Positions 28,201 through 30,283 of a stretch of 30,283 nt of DNA are shown piece after piece. The notes under the pieces were generated by a model. The model was not told the origin of the DNA and did no database searches. It saw only the letters and a list, made by a program, of their open reading frames with translations. Origin of the DNA: Cyanophora paradoxa CCMP329 (lineage: Eukaryota; Plantae; Glaucophyta); contig QPMI01000410.1 of NCBI GenBank assembly GCA_004431415.1, forward strand, positions 1 through 30,283, read 5' to 3'. The position numbers and the translations under genes were made by a program. How positions within the stretch are numbered: position 1 is the stretch's first letter; each line of letters begins with the position of its first letter.

Positions 28201-30283
28201 CCTCCTCGGTGTTTGTGCGGCGCCACTCCTCTCGGCTCCAGCAGGGCCCCGTCTCCAGCGCCAGCACCTCGCAGATCTGCCGCCCGCGCTCGAGGGGGAG
28301 GGGAGGAAGGGGCGAGAGCCGGGTGGATCCCACCTTGCGGTCGAAGCAGAAGGTGATAACGGGGAGCTTGTCGTTCTGCGGGGCACGGAGCTGAGCGAGG
28401 CGGCGGGGCGGGGCCGGCGAGCTTAAGCCGGCGGCGGACCTCGCGGAGGGTACGGAGGAGGCCGAGGTAGTGGGCGGCGAGCCAGGGACGGTCCCCGCCG
28501 CCCCTCCGCCACGGCCCGCTGGTCCAGCACTCGAACGCCTGCGCACCGGGGCGCGTGTCGGCGGGGCCGGGCCGGGGCGGGGCGGGGCGCACGCGGTCGC
28601 GTCGCCGACGATGGCGTCGAGGGCGACCTGGAGGGCGCGCCGGTGGCCCTCCCCCGCCGCCAGCCAGCGCGACACCAGCGCCTTCAGGTCCGTCTCGAAG
28701 CTCTTCGCCCGCGCCTTCGTGATCACACGGTCCTGCGCGCAGCGGGGGTGGGCGGGGGCCCAGCAGGAGGCGGGGCGGGGGCGGGGGACCTGGGCGAAGT
28801 AGGCGTCGGGGTCGAGGGCGGCGAGCGCGGCGCCCTCCGCCTCCGCCGCCTTCGCCTCCAGCAGCCCCGGCGTCTGCGCCCGCACGCGGCGGCGTCACGA
28901 GGGGCGGGGGCGGGACAGGAGAGGGCGGGGGCGGGCCTTGGCGGCGCGGACGAGGGCGTCGTAGAGGGCCGTGCTCTCGTCCGGCGCGAACGAGAGGTCC
29001 TTCGGGGGCGGCGTGAGCTCCGACAGCGCGCGGGCCGGGCCCCCTAACTGCCTCGGGCGGACCTGGGGGAAGCCGCCGGCGCGGAGGAGGCGGGCGACGG
29101 ACATGGCGGCGCACGGGTGCAGCACGCGCATCTCCCGGGCTTCTGCTCCCCGCGTCGGCCCGTCCTTTCAAGGAGGCCGCGAGGGGGCCCGCGCACTGGT
29201 TTCTGCAGGCGAGCTTGAGCTCCGGTTGTGCCCGGCGGCAGGTAGACGTATCTGCGCGGCGAGCGGCCGCGTGAGCCGAGCGGCGCGGGCCGAGCGGGCC
29301 GAGCGGGGTGGGCGGGGCGGGTGGGGCGGACTTGCGGAGTCGGAGTAGCGGATGTTGAACTGCACGAGCTTGACGTTCCGCTGGCTCTTGGCCTGCGCGG
29401 CGAGGGCGAGGGAGGGGAGGGGAGTGTAAGAGAGGGCGGAGCGGGGAGATGCAGAGGGCGGGGGCGGGGGCGGGCCTGGGTGTCGGCCATCCAGCGCTGG
29501 AGGTCGCCGGTTGCTGATGGTGGCGGAGAGGGCGAGGAAGGGGCAGCGGACGAGGACGAGCAGGTGCTCCACACCGACCCGCTCTCCGCAGTGCCTGCCC
29601 GGGCGGGAGGCGGAGCTCAGCCGGCGCCCGAGCCGGTGCGAGCGAGGGAGGGGCGGGCGGACCGGCCTCGCGGTTGGCGGTGGCGCTCTGCCCGATGCAG
29701 TGCACCTCGTCGAAGATCACGAACTTGATCCGCCGCACCCACGCCTGCGGGAGGTCAGGGGGCGGGGAGCGAGGGGGCGGGCGATGCGGGGGCGCGCCTG
29801 GATGGTCTCGTGCGGGGAGAGGAGGAGGCCCTCGAGGACGGCCGGCACCGTCACCAGCACCTGGCAGTCAAAGTCGTAGTAGCCGTAGTCCCGCAGCTGC
29901 GCCCGCCGCCGGGGTGAGCGGCCGGGGGGTCGGGGAGGGGGGGCCGTGGCGTGGGGACCGCCGCGCCTTCATGCCGAAGACAGACTTGCCGCCCTCCGTG
30001 TACGTCTTCCCGCGGAAGCGCGCGTAGACCTCGGCGGCGACCTGCCGCCCGCGGCTCGTCAGGGCCCCTGAGAGGGCGAAGGGCTTTGTAAGGAGTCGCG
30101 AGGGCGCGCCTGGTTGACGAGGGCCTTGGTGGGCGACACGAAGACGCCATATCCCATCGTCGTCCGCGCGAAGGACCTGCGCCGACCGAGGGCAGCTCAG
30201 ACGGCGGCAGCTTCTCCGGCTGGCCGGGGCGGGCGGGCGGCCTTCTCCATGGCGTAGTAGGCGGCGAAGGTCTTGCCGGCGGA
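25215..30283 (-). CDS. DDX60: DDX60-like Ski2-family DExH RNA helicase (multi-intron; 5' part lies beyond the window)
   Basis: Minus-strand exons: SAGKTFAAYYAMEK (motif I), VSPTKALVNQ, CQVLVTVP, RRIKFVIFDEVHCIG (motif II), CPFLALSATISN (motif III), RYSD, LHPCAA, KLPVITFCFDR, LLRRGIGVHHAG, AVEILFRRKHIKVVLATGT, VVFAGDSVFLNALQYRQ, NAYLYDFMGHG...VWFVLNDFKLVLKTL, stop at 25217-25215. Confidence 0.9.

Noticed and set aside
27564-29738. 724-aa minus-strand ORF as a single protein
   Set aside because: It is read-through across stop-free GC-rich introns of the helicase gene. Only short parts are in the true frame.

Overview
GC-rich, intron-rich eukaryotic genomic DNA, probably an alga or protist (the species cannot be determined from this window). 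A + strand pyruvate phosphate dikinase (PPDK) gene is split inside a 3' exon (at ...SRD|D...) by a 21,493-bp antisense Ty3/Gypsy LTR retrotransposon (2502-23994). The element has identical 283-bp LTRs, a 5-bp GCGAC target-site duplication (TSD), a primer-binding site (PBS), a polypurine tract (PPT), and the order gag-PR-RT-RH-IN. It is unusually large: about 16.7 kb after removing a nested 4,739-bp TIR element (12541-17279, 6-bp TSD GAGGTA). It carries more than 2,000 codons of unrecognisable coding sequence between Gag and protease. Its PBS has a tRNA-Sec-like 13-nt geometry, and its 3' UTR has three hairpin repeats (two with covarying stems) complementary to its own PBS. The right end of the window holds most of a convergent DDX60/Ski2-like RNA helicase gene. 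Single-base indels occur throughout, including in host exons, so many frameshifts are probably assembly errors and domain boundaries are approximate.
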